NCBI GenBank assembly: GCA_963815195.1 | Contig: CAWFGE010000015.1 | Location: 64,001-128,000 of the forward strand | DNA length: 64,000 nucleotides | Source of the DNA: an uncultured Planctomycetaceae bacterium | GTDB lineage: Bacteria > Planctomycetota > Planctomycetia > Planctomycetales > Planctomycetaceae | Direction of reading: 5' to 3' | Shown: positions 11,058 to 23,130 of the stretch, piece by piece | Position numbering within the stretch: position 1 is the stretch's first letter | How the letters are laid out: each line of letters opens with the position of its first letter | Translations under genes and position numbers: made by a program | The notes under the pieces: generated by a model | Database searches by the model: none | Seen by the model: only the letters and a program-made list of their open reading frames with translations | Told to the model about the DNA's origin: nothing

Positions 11058-11633
11058 ATGAGCATCAGATACTTCCGGCGGTTTCGCATGGAGTTCGACT
11101 TCGGCAAAACTCGCCTTGCGGAACCGGTTTTGCCGGAAGGTTATCATTGGCTGCCTTGGCATCGCCGATTTCTGGAACGGCACGCGTTGGTCAAATACGC
11201 GAGCTTTCGCTCGGAGATCGACGCCCAGGTTTTCCCGTGCCTGGGGCAATACGGCGGCTGCCGAAAGCTGATGCAGGACATCTTCCGGCAATCGTCCTTT
11301 CTGCCGGACGCGACCTGGCTGATTTCCTACCGGTTTGACGACTGGTCGGAAAACACCGATTGCGCCACGATCCAAGGTTTGAGCAAGTCCCCGACGCTGG
11401 GGGCGATTCAGAATGTGGGAGTCATCCCGGAGCACCGCGGCCACGGTTTGGGACGGGCTTTGGTCTTGAAAGCTCTCGCGGGGTTTCGCTCCGCGGGGCT
11501 GAAGCGGGTGTATTTGGAAGTCACGGCGGAAAACCAGCAGGCCGTCGCCTTGTATCGCTCCATCGGCTTTCATTTGACCCGCACCCTCTACAAAGCCGTG
11601 CCCGCCGCCCAAGTCGCCGCACCGGCTTCCTGA
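11058..11633 (+). CDS. GNAT family N-acetyltransferase
   Basis: VGVIPEHRGHGLGRALV acetyl-CoA motif and LEVTAENQQAVALYRSIGF. Confidence 0.9.
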   Translation: MSIRYFRRFRMEFDFGKTRLAEPVLPEGYHWLPWHRRFLERHALVKYASFRSEIDAQVFPCLGQYGGCRKLMQDIFRQSSFLPDATWLISYRFDDWSENTDCATIQGLSKSPTLGAIQNVGVIPEHRGHGLGRALVLKALAGFRSAGLKRVYLEVTAENQQAVALYRSIGFHLTRTLYKAVPAAQVAAPAS

Positions 11634-11679
11634 CCTGACGCCGCTGCGGAGAATCCACTCTTCCGACGAGGAAAACGCC

Positions 11680-13238
11680 ATGCTGCGAAACATGCCGAGC
11701 CGGGTCGTTTTGATGATCGGCCTCGCGACAGTGATTCTGGCTTCAAAGCAAAGGGCGTGTGCACGGGAGGAGTATCTGGCAGAGTTGACGCGGCTGTTCT
11801 CCGCGCAGCCCGATTCGGAGGCCGCGAAAACGGCCGCTCGGCTCAAGTGCCGGCTGTGCCATTCCAGCGAACCGCCCGGGCGAGAGCAGAACGTTTTCGG
11901 CCGGGAAATGGAGCGGGCCCTGGGCGGGAAGCGGAATGTGACGGATCGGCGTTCGATTCGCGTGGCGCTGCATCGGGCGGTGTTTTTGCTGCGAAACCGG
12001 AAGCCCAACACCCAGGCCCAAATCCCAGGCTCGTCCCGCGCGATCGGCTCGCGCAACGTCCGGACGGCGCTTCGTGACAAGGCGGAATTGGCGGCTTATG
12101 AAATGCCGCTGTCCGACGTGCTCGGCGTGTTGTCGGCCAATCATGGGATTTCCATCGGACTTGACCAAGCGGCCTTCAAACAAGCCGGCGTTTCTCCGGA
12201 ACTGCCGATTTCGCTCGTGGTGTCGGATGTGTCCTTGCAGTCGCTCCTCAAATCTCTCCTGGCGGAGCATCACCTCACCTTCCACGCCAAAGGCGACGGT
12301 TTGCTGGTCGACCCCGAGGAACAACCCTCGACGAAAAAGCCCGCCCGCAATCCCGTCCGCCTGGGAAAGGAAGAAGTCATCGACCCCAACCTCGCGGCCA
12401 CCTTAAAAAAATACATCGGCCGCCGGATTCAGGTGGTGGAAAAGGACGGCGCACGGTTGTCGGATTTGCTGCTCAAGCTGCACGACAAGGAAGGCCGGCT
12501 TGACGGGTTCAGCTTGTTTTCCTCCCAAAGCAGTTCCGGGAAACGCTACGTGGTGTTGTCGAACGTGAAAGAAATCCGCTATCGGAACCAGCCGCTTTTC
12601 TGCGCCTGGAGTCCAAGGATCCGCTCGCCATCGAAAGCCGGCGGCTCGAAAAGGAAGTGCTCGCGCGGGAAAGAGCACGCGGCCGGGAGAGTCTTCAGGC
12701 CGCCTATCGCCGGCAGGCGGGCCTCGAACGGGCCGCCGAGTCGCTGCGAGACTCGAGCGGGCGATTTCCGCTGCCTCGGCGGTATGAGGAAGAACTCGGC
12801 GAGGCGGCCAGCGTGGTGGGCGCGATCGGGAATCTCGCCGCCGATCAAGCCGAGGAAAGCCGGCCCGCTCCGGCGAATCCCGCCCCAACAGAAGAGGGCC
12901 GTCCCAATCGGCCGGCCTCACCCCCGACGGCCGAACCGATGCCCGATCCGCCGGGTCCCGCGATGGATCGAAAGCCCGTCATCGTTCGATATGTGAATGC
13001 CCAGGGAGAGCCGCCTGTCTTGCAGTTTGGGGTGCGAATTCGCTATGACAGTCAGGACACCCAGAATCCCAAAGTTCAACAAGGAACCTTGAACGGCCAG
13101 GGACAATGTGAACTCTCCGTCCCGGAGGATGTGGAAAGTATTCGCGTTTATATGACGCCCTTCGGCGGCTTTGAGGGCACGCATCCGCTCGAGCGGAGCG
13201 GTTCGACGACCATCACGATCCAAACCAGCGGCCTTTAG
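11680..13238 (+). CDS. Secreted protein with CxxCH heme motif and STN-like domain, frameshift at ~12596-12599
   Basis: Signal peptide, CRLCH and the STN-like segment MPLSDVLGVLS...VSLQSLLKSLL. Adding one T to TTTT joins it to ORF 12657-13238. Confidence 0.6.
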
Positions 13239-13776
13239 CGTCCGGTGGAAGGGGTGGGGCCGATTTTTCCGGCCGGGTGTTCGCTTTGGGAAACATTCCT
13301 GAACCACCCGTTTCGCCGATGCAACTGTGTCCCCGGCCGCCGAGTTCCGGGTTCTCAAGAATTTGGCCAAATTCACCCATTGCGATGGATCGGCCGCCAA
13401 TTGAAAATCGGTAAAGGCAATCTGACACCCGGGCGGGGACTTGAGGATTGCTCGCGGAAATGCCAAGGCGACGTTTTGGGGCCGATGGCCTTTGCATTTT
13501 GAAAATTTTTGAGGTTTTCGGTTTTTTGGAAGATTTTGGGAACCATTTCGTGGTCGGGTCGTCCTAATCCTAATCATTTTCGAGGATGGCCTGACTGGGC
13601 CTGTTTTCTGGGTTGTGCTTTTACCTCTCTGGGCCATGACGTAACCGGGCCAACCCACGCACGCAGAAAACAGGACGCACGAAATTCCCGCCCCCGACAC
13701 TTTCGGCACGCACACATTCTTTCCATTCATTGGGACACTTTGCACTTCTGGGTTGCGTTCGTACGAGGAACACACT

Positions 13777-16700
13777 ATGTCGCTGCGAGGCATTTTTTCA
13801 CAGAACAACGACTCTCATCGCCGCCGCAAAAATGCACCGGCCTCTCGGTTGGCTGCCGCCCAAGCGGAAGTATTGGAAGAGCGAACTCTATTGAGTGTCG
13901 TGTCCCCGTTGCTGAACGATCACGGAGCGAGCTTCACCAACGACAACGTCCTCGGCCGCACGGACGTCACGTTCTTCGCCGTCGACAATCCGCTCTACAG
14001 CGGCAACAACGGCTTGGGGCTCAAGGTCGATCTCGACGGCGGGGCGTTCAACGGGAGCCTCGTCTCCCAGCTTCGCACCGTGACGCTTCAGAACCTGGTC
14101 GTCACGGGCAACGCCAACGCCGGCGTGGACATCACGCTCTCGAACATGACTTTGGACGAACTGCGAATCGACAGCAGCCAGATTACCGGCAACGGACGGG
14201 CCGGTCTGGTGATCAACCTGAACAACGTGCAGATCGACCGGGTGACCGTCGTGAACAGCAATCTCGGCGGGAACGCGAACGACGGACTGTGCATCATGGG
14301 CGGCAACAGCACGATTGAACTGCTCACGATCGGCAGCCTGGCCACGGGAGGCAACAACCTCTCGGGCAGCGCCAGAACACCGGGGGCTTCGTGCAGTTCC
14401 AAAACTCCCGCATCGGGACGGCGTCTATCGTCAACAACCAAATCAACGGCAACGCGACCAACGGCATCGAGGTGCAGCTCGCCAACACGAACATCGCCAG
14501 CTTGGATCTCGATCAGAATACCGCCGACCTCAACCGGAACAATGCCGCCTTCTTTAATTTCCTCGACAGCGACGTGGGCGGCAACGTCACCAACAACACC
14601 TTCACCAATTCGCAAACCGGCGACGGCCTGAACATCACGACCCGGCGTTCGGTGCTTCCCAATGGACAGATTGCGTCCGGCCTGCGGAATTTGGACCTGA
14701 ATTCGATTCGGGGCAACACGTTCAGCGGCAACGCCGTTAGCGGGATCAACATCGATTTGGGAGAGAATACGACGTTCAAGAGCCAGATCACGGCCAACAC
14801 CATCGCGGGGAACGGCCGCGTGGGCGTCAATGTTCAAGCCTCCGACACCCAAAATGCGTTCGACGTGATCATCGGGGGCGAAACCGTTAATCCGCAAGGC
14901 GTCAACACGGACGCCAACGTGATCGACGGCAACCAGGGGGCGGGAATCGCCATTACCCTGGACGACACCAGCGACGAACTGGGCAACACCTCGGGACGCT
15001 TTCGTATCCTGAGCAACCAGATCACGAATACGCTCGACGACAACGACTCCGTCACCGAATTCGCCGGCGAAGGGATTTTCATCCGGGCTCGCGGAACCGA
15101 CTCCCTGGTCAACGGGGCGGCCCGGATTCTCAACTCGCAGATCGACGGCAACAGCATTTCCGGTAACGCGAGCGACGGCATCAAACTGGATGTCTCGGAA
15201 GACTCCGAAGTCGTCGATTTGCTCATCGGGGACGTGTTCAATCCCAACCCGCAAAACAACACCATCGAAGGTCCCGAAGGCGACGGATTCTTCTTCCAGA
15301 ACCAATACTTCCGCAACTCCGGAAACCTGATCACGAACAACGTCGGCGCCGGCATCGACTTCGTCCGCCGAGGCGAGGCCCGCGCCCGCGGCGTGAAGAT
15401 CATCGACAACCTGTTCGACTCCAACGGCAACGGGATTCATTACCAGGTCCAAAACGACGACCGCGACCAGGAAACCGGCGAAGTGCTCGTCAACTCCGTG
15501 ACGATCCAGCACAACGACATGACGAACAACATTTTAAGCGGCCTCGTGATCGACACGGTGTTCGACGCCATCCTCATCGCCGATTTGGACAACAACACCA
15601 TCACGAACAACGGCCTGGACGGAGTCCGGACCAACGGGTTCGAGTCCGATCCGTCCGACCGCGAAACCCTGGGCGGAACCTGGACCCGGAACACGATCAC
15701 CAACAACGGGGGCATCGGCATCGACATCAACGGCACGCCGGGCACGCTGAACCCCCTCAAGATCGGCGAGGACGGCACCGATTCGGCGGGTCGCAGCTTG
15801 GGGAACCTCATCGACCTGAACGGAAACGACGGCATCGAGATCAACGCCCCGGGCAACATCGACATCACCAACAACATCATCCGCCGCAACGGAACCGCCA
15901 ATACCCTCAACAATCCCCAAGGCGACGGCAAGGGCATCGACATCAATCTGGACGGCCAGGGTGAACTGGACGTGTTCCTCGGCCGAAACGTCATCACCAA
16001 GAACAAAGGCGATGGCGTGGAAACCTTCGCCCGCCAGGTTCCAGGCGGCGTGCCGACGTACCTCTATGTGCTGGCCTACGGAAATATCATCGACAATAAC
16101 CTGGGCCGGGGCGTGGATGTCTTAAACGAGGGCAACGATGTCGCGTCCTACATCGTGTTCGGGGACGGGACCCGCGGCAATGGCACGAACGCCAACAACA
16201 TCGTCAACAACGGCTTGGAAGGGTTTTTGGTGGTCAATACGACCTCCCCGACCCAAACGCAGGATGTCAACCTGAATACCGACTTGGACACCGATCCCGA
16301 GAACCTCAACAGCGACGGGTCCATCCTCTGGTCGCCCAATCTCGTGCTGGACGTGAACGGCAACGAAATCCGCTCCAACGGGAACCTGGCAAATCAAACG
16401 CCCATTCCGCCCATCGTCAACGGCAGCGGCCTGGTGATGTTCGTGGGCACGTCGAACGCCTCGAACATCACTTCCGCCAATTTTGGCATGCTCCCGGACC
16501 GCGATGGCGTGTACCAGGATTTGTTCACAGGAGGCAACGTGGGCGAGAACAACAGTGCCGACGGCTTCTTCTCGACCGAGCGAGTTTTCAATGACGGCAA
16601 TGGCCGCGTGAACGCCCGCGTGAACAACAACCTCTTCGGCGGGAACGCCGGGGTCGATGTGCTCACGCAATCCTTCACCTCCACCGTCGATCCGCCCGCC

Positions 16701-19700
16701 ACGGCGGGCACCTGGGACGGGACCAAGTTCGTCGTGAACCCGGGCGGCTACCGCCGGGATCCCTTGGCCCGGCTGAATCTGGAATTCACCAACAACACGG
16801 GCGACGCGATCGACCTGGTTCGCGCGGGCGCTTCCTATAGCAATGCCGAAACCAATTTCAAATCCCGCACGAACGGACGCACGGCCCCCGATCCCAATGG
16901 ACCCTTTAACTCCGGCACCCGCCGGCGCAATGCACAGCGCGTGGCCGACCGGGATGTCGGGCTGTTGGATTTTTACGAATCCCCCGTGTTTGGAGTCGGA
17001 GGCCTCGTGAACGGCTTCGGGGCGTCGAGCGGTTTGATCGTCGGTGCCGCCTCGGGAACCGCGACCGAGCCGATTCGCTTGCGAGCCGCCGGGGCAGTCC
17101 GCACCGGCGACATCACCGGAGCGACCAATGCCACTCCGATTGTCATCACCTCGGCCAATCACGGACTCAACACGGGCGACATCATCGACATCTCGGGCGT
17201 CGGCGGCAACACCAACGCCAACGGCACCTTCCTGATCGTCGTCTTGACTCCCAACACGTTTGAACTGTACGACCCGGCGACGGGCACTCCCATCGCGGGC
17301 AACGCCGCCTACACCAACGGCGGAACCTGGACCCTATTCGTGGGCGGGCACGGCCTGCAAACCGGCGACCATGTCATCCTGGACAACATGGGAGTTGACG
17401 GGATCTACAGCGTCACGGTGATCAATAGCGACGAGTTTTACCTGGACGACACCTACAACCAGTCCGTGACCTCGTTTAACGGAGACTTTTTCCAGGTCCG
17501 CGACTCCGCCTTCCTCTATGATGGGACCGGGGCGAGTACCTTCCGGATGCACCAGGAGAACAACTTCTTCCCGGAAGCCAACGATATTGGAACGGTGGCC
17601 TTCTTTCCCGGCATCACCGATCGGGGAGAAGAGCCCTTCGGCTACGACCAGGTCTCAAGCGACGTCTTCAACTTCCGCACCGTCCGCGTCCTCGACACCG
17701 CCGTGAACGAAGGCGGCCAGGCCGCCTTCACGGTTCAGTTGTCCCAACCGTTGACGACCGACCTGACCGTGTACTACAAGACGGAGTTTGACGGCACCGC
17801 CAACGACGGACGCGAGGGAACGGGCAATGCGGACTTTACGCCCGTCGATTTCACCGGCGACGCGTTCGGCTTGGGCGATCCCTCCGTCGATTCCTTCATC
17901 ACCATCCCCGCCGGCCAGACCACGGGCACGATCCTGATCGACACGCTTTCGGACACGACATTCGAGCCTCCCGAAACGTTTAAGGTCGTGATTGTCCAGG
18001 CGACCACCGTGGAGATGCGGAAAGGCCTCGACCCGTTCCAGCCCGATACCGCGGTGCCAGTCACCGTCAACATCGCCTCGGCCGTGGATGATTTCGGCGT
18101 GGGAACGATAATCGACAACGATGGGGCGCCTCAAATCTCGATCAGCGACGCGGGCGGGTTTGAACTGGGCAACGGCCAAACGGGGACGATGACCTTTAAT
18201 GTCACCCTCTCGAACGCCAGCGCCGATCCGGTGTTTGTGGACTACAACACGGCCAACGGCACCGCGACCGTAGGCGTGGATTACCGCCTCCGCCGCGGCA
18301 CGGTGACTTTCTCGCCCGGCGAAACCACCAAGACCATCACGATCGAAATCCTTTCCGATTCCATCTTCACCACGCCGGGAATGGACAGCGATCAAGAGAC
18401 CCTGTTTGTCAACCTGAGCGCCTCCGCAGGGCGCAGTGATCGACGATGCCCAGGGCCAGGGCACGATTTTTGACGCCCGCTTTGTGCACATCACCGACGC
18501 CTACGTCAACGGCGAAGGGGATGCCCCCAACACCGTCACCGCCGAGTTCACCGTGACGCTCACGGATTCCCTAGGCAACCCCTCCGAGGTGCCCCTGGGA
18601 CAGACCATCACCATCGACTACAGCACGGGGGACCTTACGGCAAACGCCGGCAGCGGGGACTACGTGGCGGTCCCCAACGGCATGCTCGTGTTCAACCAAT
18701 TCGAATCCCAGCAAACGATCTCCATCACCGTCAATCAAGACCGGCTTTTTGAAGGCGACGAATCCTTCTCCGTCAATCTGACCAGCACGAACGCCACGGT
18801 CACGGACCCGACCGCAATCGGCTTTATTCTGGAATCCCTCGAAGTCGCCGCCACGCGGGACGCCAACGGTCGCCCGTCGGTCAAAGTCTTCGACTCCCGC
18901 TCGAACAGCGCCCGGTTTACGTTCAATCCCTATCCGGGGTTCTTCGGCGAAGCCCGCGTGGCCACGGCGGACTTTAACGGCGACGGGATTGCCGATATCG
19001 TCACCACGCCCGGTCCCGGCGGCGGTCCCGACGTGCGGGTCTTCGACGGGCGAGACGCCAGCCTGATCCGCGAATATTACCTCTACGAAGGCAGTTTCTT
19101 CGGCGGTCTGTTCGTGGCCGCCGGCGACATCAATGCCGACGGAACGCCCGACATCGTCGTGTCCCCGGACACCACGGGCGGACCGCGGGTGATCGTGGTC
19201 GATGGAGCCACGGGACTCGTCGCCGAAGATTTCTTCGCCTACGATCCCGGCTTCTTAGGCGGCGTCCGCGTCGCGACCGGGAATGTGGACGGAGTGCCCG
19301 GCGATGAGATCATCACCGGAGCCGGCCCCGGCGGCGGACCGCACGTGGAGGTCTTTCAGGCGGACAGCGACATCTTGACCGCCCCCACGGTCATCCGAAG
19401 CTTCTACGCTTACGAATATCACCCAGCGGACAATACAGGCTTCACCGGCGGGGTTTACGTCTCGGCCGCGGACATCGGCGGAGGAGGAGGCGCGGTCAAG
19501 AACGTCCCGGATGGAATGGCCGACATCATTACGGGGGCCGGCTTCGGCGGCGGTCCGCACGTCCGGATCTTCGACGGAGCCACCACCGGCATCGGGAACT
19601 TCTTCCCCGCGGCCTCGGACGTCCTTGGGGAATTCCTCGCGTATGACGGGAACTTCACCGGCGGCGTGCGCGTGGCGACGGGCGATGTCGAGAGGGACAT

Positions 19701-20427
19701 CAACAACAACACCGCCCGGGACCGCATTCCGGAAATCATCACCGCGCCGGGCGTGGGCGGCGGCCCGCACGTGAAGGTGTTCGCGGTGGATACCACAAAG
19801 TCAACCGCTCTGAAGCCGGTCCCGGTCGTGCAAATCCGGCAGGATTTCCCCTTCGCAGGGAATCTGTTCGGTGGGACCTACATCGCCGGCCGGAGCAAAG
19901 GCTTCGCCGGGGAAGGCTCGCCGTTGTCGCTCGACCCCTCCGTCTTGCCCAGCACCGGCGATGTCCCGGCCCTCACCCAAGAGGAATTGGCTCCCGTGGT
20001 GGACGCCGCGATTAACCGCCTGGCCGAGGCGGGCGTGGACGAAGCCGCCCTCGATCAGCTTCGCCAGATTCAGTTCCTCGTGACCGATCTCGCGGGTTCC
20101 AAATTGGGATTCCAGACGCCGGGGCGGATCTTCATCGACCGCACCGCGGCGGGACAGGGCTACTTCGTGGATGCCACGCCGCTGTTGGATGAAGAGTTCT
20201 CTAATGGCGGAGATGAGCTGCTCGCGAGCACGGCCGCCTCGCTGGGGCGGGTGGACTTGCTCACCGTCGTTCTCCACGAACTGGAGCACGCCCTGGGCAA
20301 CGACCACGTCACCGCCGCGCACGACCTGATGGCTCCCACGCTGGGCACCGGCGAACGCCGGCTCCCGGAAGAAGACGACGTGTTCGCCAGCGGCGAGTTG
20401 TTCGATTCGCTGATGAACTTGAACTGA
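13777..20427 (+). CDS. Giant (~2,200 aa) secreted surface protein: beta-helix repeats, Calx-beta, FG-GAP-like repeats, C-terminal metzincin-like motif; two frameshifts (~14370, ~18430)
   Basis: GAGGAA RBS; N-terminal EVLEERTLLS planctomycete motif; NxIxxNxxxGI repeats; Calx-beta (FNVTLS...VDYNTANGTAT...DY); repeated D-IITGAGPGGGPHV-VF; HELEHALGNDH...DLM. Confidence 0.85.
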
Positions 20428-20453
20428 TCGCGAAACAGCGAACGACCGTTTCA

Positions 20454-20496
20454 TAAAAAACCGGCACGCTCCTTTTGGGGGTGAGCCGGTTTTTAT
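20454..20496. terminator. Bidirectional intrinsic terminator between the giant protein gene and hemA
   Basis: AAAAAACCGGC...GCCGGTTTTT hairpin with A/T tracts on both sides, between convergent genes. Confidence 0.75.
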
Positions 20497-21776
20497 TTCT
20501 CGCCGAGGTGAAACAACCGCATCAGGGCGTTGAGCAACCCGTCGGGCGGGCCGGTGCGGGCTTCGTCGCGGAGGACTTCCAAAGGCGGATGCAACAGCTT
20601 GTTGATGATCCGCTCCACGCTGCGTTCCACGGCACTCTTGTCGGATTCGCTCAAGTGCGGCAGCTTGGCGAACAGGGCTTCGACCTCTTGCTGCCGAATC
20701 GCGTGCCATTCCTCGCGAAGCCGTTTGATGATCGGCCCCGTGGCGCGATGATACACATCGTGCATGAACTTCTGGGTTTCCTCGTCGATGATCCGCTTGG
20801 CCTTTTCGACTTCCTTGGCCCGCGTTTTGCGGTTGGATTCGCAGGTGGCCTCCAGGTCGTCGATGTCGTAGAGGAACACATTGTCGAAGACCTTGCCGAT
20901 CTCCGGATCGAAATCCCGCGGGGCGCCGAGATCGAGAATGAACACCGGCTTTCCCCCACTGTCCTTTCGTGCCTCGCCGAAGCTGCGGGGATCGAGAATC
21001 GGGCGGTCCGCACCGGTGGTGCTCACGATCACATCGGCCCGCCCGATCCAAAAGCCGAGTTCTTCAAACGATTGGGCCACGCCGCCCCATTCGTCCGCCA
21101 GCGTCTCGGCCCGCTCGAAGCTGCGGTTGACGACGATGAGGCTCCGGACGCCCTCATCCTTCAAATAGCGGAGCGTCTCTTCGGCCATTTCGCCGGCCCC
21201 GATAATCAGCACGAGCTTATCGTCGAACCGGTCGAAAATGCTCTTCCCGAAATCGCCCACGGCGACGCTGGCGATCGACACCCGCCCGCGTTCGAGGCCC
21301 GTCTCCGTCCGCACCCGCTTGGAAACGCGGATCGCCCCCTCGAACAACGCGCACGTCAGCGGCCCGCAGGCGTCGTTGTTTTGCGCGACGCGGTAGGCGT
21401 CTTTGATCTGATTCACGATCTGCGGCTCGCCCAAGACCATGCTGTCCAGGCTGCTCGCGACCTCGAACAAATGCCGGACCGCCTCGGGACCGGATGACCT
21501 CAACAGATCGTTGACGAACCCGTTCAACGGAACCTGATGAAATTCCGCGAAGAAATTCGCGATCTGTTCCCGCGTCGGGGAGCCGGCGGCATCTTCCTGG
21601 GCCGTGTAAACCTCCACGCGGTTGCACGTGGAGACCACCACGGCTTCGGATTGCGGAAACCGCGCGCGGAGGGCCTCGTAAGCCCGGGTGAGCTGCGTTT
21701 CCGTGGCGAACGCCAACCGCTCCCGGACGCTCAAGTCCGCCGTCTGGTGATTGCAATACACGACTTGGAGGTTCAT
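20493..21776 (-). CDS. hemA: Glutamyl-tRNA reductase
   Basis: STCNRVEVY, SLDSMVLGEPQI, IGAGEMA, VNRS, DLGAPRD, KLLHPP. Confidence 0.96.
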   Translation of the reverse strand: MNLQVVYCNHQTADLSVRERLAFATETQLTRAYEALRARFPQSEAVVVSTCNRVEVYTAQEDAAGSPTREQIANFFAEFHQVPLNGFVNDLLRSSGPEAVRHLFEVASSLDSMVLGEPQIVNQIKDAYRVAQNNDACGPLTCALFEGAIRVSKRVRTETGLERGRVSIASVAVGDFGKSIFDRFDDKLVLIIGAGEMAEETLRYLKDEGVRSLIVVNRSFERAETLADEWGGVAQSFEELGFWIGRADVIVSTTGADRPILDPRSFGEARKDSGGKPVFILDLGAPRDFDPEIGKVFDNVFLYDIDDLEATCESNRKTRAKEVEKAKRIIDEETQKFMHDVYHRATGPIIKRLREEWHAIRQQEVEALFAKLPHLSESDKSAVERSVERIINKLLHPPLEVLRDEARTGPPDGLLNALMRLFHLGEK

Positions 21777-21790
21777 CGCCGGCGGCTCCC

Positions 21791-22696
21791 TTACACCACC
21801 ACGCGAAACAGCGCATCGGCCGCGGGGACCAGTTGCGTGTGCCAGGTGGAAAGCGATCGGCCGGAGAGCACCTGCAGGCCGATCAGCGTCACCAGCAAGA
21901 ACCCGCAGGCCCAGACGGTCAGCCAGGCGACCTGCTTGCCGGTGGGCCGTTTGGTGGTGAGCAGCCAGCCGAAAAACACGAGCATCACCAGCCAGGCGAT
22001 GCTGTTGCCGATGATGACGGGATCGGTGAACGAGATGGGCGATTCGCCTCCCCGGGAATACCAGCCGAGCCCCACGCCGGTGGCGAGGCCCAAGGTGAGC
22101 AAAGGCACGGTGAGGACCACCGCCCACCAATTCAGCCGGGCCAACAGTTCCAGGTTGGGGAGCGTGAGGCCGTTCTTCATCGTGTGTTTGTGCTTGAGCC
22201 GGTGATGTTGAAAGAGATACATCATACTCAACACAATGCCCAGAATCACGCCCGCAATCCCAAACAGCAATAAGCTCGCATGCAGCATTTTCCAGCCGCG
22301 CTCGGCTTCCATCATCCGGTTGGGCGTTTCGCTGATGAAATACGTCGAGCCGATGAGCACCAAAACCAATGGCAGCAAAAACAGCCCCACCAACAAGTTG
22401 CGGTCCACCGCCGTGAGTACGATATAAAACAGGATCGCGATCCAGGCCAGCACGAGCATCCAGTCGTGCGAAGAACTTAACAGCGGCGGCAATTGAGATT
22501 CTTGGCTGCGGCCGATCAGGTAAATCGTATGGGCCGTCAGCCCGGCGAGCGCAAACCCCAGCATGAACAGGCGGTTAATGGCCGTTTGCTTCAAAAGCCT
22601 GACGCCTTCCAGAGCCAGCGTGACGATGTAGCTGGCCAGAAAGCAAAACACGCTGACGTTGGCCCAAGGTATTGCCAGATTCCCCATAATTCGCAT
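21791..22696 (-). CDS. ccsA: Cytochrome c biogenesis protein CcsA-like (HemX-type) membrane protein; exact start uncertain
   Basis: Multi-TM protein with conserved His (AHTIYL, LHASL), LPNLELL and DP motif. It lies directly upstream of hemA, a known pairing. Confidence 0.8.
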   Translation of the reverse strand: MRIMGNLAIPWANVSVFCFLASYIVTLALEGVRLLKQTAINRLFMLGFALAGLTAHTIYLIGRSQESQLPPLLSSSHDWMLVLAWIAILFYIVLTAVDRNLLVGLFLLPLVLVLIGSTYFISETPNRMMEAERGWKMLHASLLLFGIAGVILGIVLSMMYLFQHHRLKHKHTMKNGLTLPNLELLARLNWWAVVLTVPLLTLGLATGVGLGWYSRGGESPISFTDPVIIGNSIAWLVMLVFFGWLLTTKRPTGKQVAWLTVWACGFLLVTLIGLQVLSGRSLSTWHTQLVPAADALFRVVV

Positions 22697-22891
22697 CCGG
22701 TGACGTGATGGAAACAGACTCCCCAGGTTCCATTATGGAGAACTCCGCAATCCCCGTAAAGTTGCGAAATTTGGGATCGCCGGCGGCGGATCGCTTGCCC
22801 CCAATCGAAAATGGTGGATGGCCGGATTGTGCCCCGGCGGCAATTGGCGATCATCAAACCGTGCGTGTTTGATGAAAGCACATCCGAACTT

Positions 22892-23022
22892 GGGTGGCAC
22901 GCCCTGAGGAACGAAGGGCGTGGTCGTTGCGCCTTGCCACGCCCTTCGCTCGGCTCAGCGACGTGCCACCCTCTCCACTGGAAAATTGGGCGAAAGACGA
23001 TCCACCTATTTTTGTGAAACAC
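22892..23022. repeat. GGGTGGCAC-ended palindromic element, copy 2 (inverted relative to copy 1)
   Basis: Hairpin at 22892-22971 and ATCCACCTATTTTTGTGAAACAC at 23000-23022. Confidence 0.8.
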
Positions 23023-23130
23023 ACCCTATCAAACCCACGCTCTGTCCGATTGCACGGCGGAAGGGTTTTACTTAAATTAGCATGCTAACGAATGTGTTGA
23101 CTGTTTCCGCAGCGGGATAAAGCGACCCCG

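Noticed and set aside
13416..13426. GGCAATCTGAC matching the arm-like repeats at ~56460
   Set aside because: A single isolated match 43 kb away with no mobile-element context; probably chance.
13240..13776. Possible riboswitch or ncRNA in the 540-bp leader of the giant gene
   Set aside because: No c-di-GMP, cobalamin, TPP or SAM consensus could be recognised by eye. An Rfam scan is needed.
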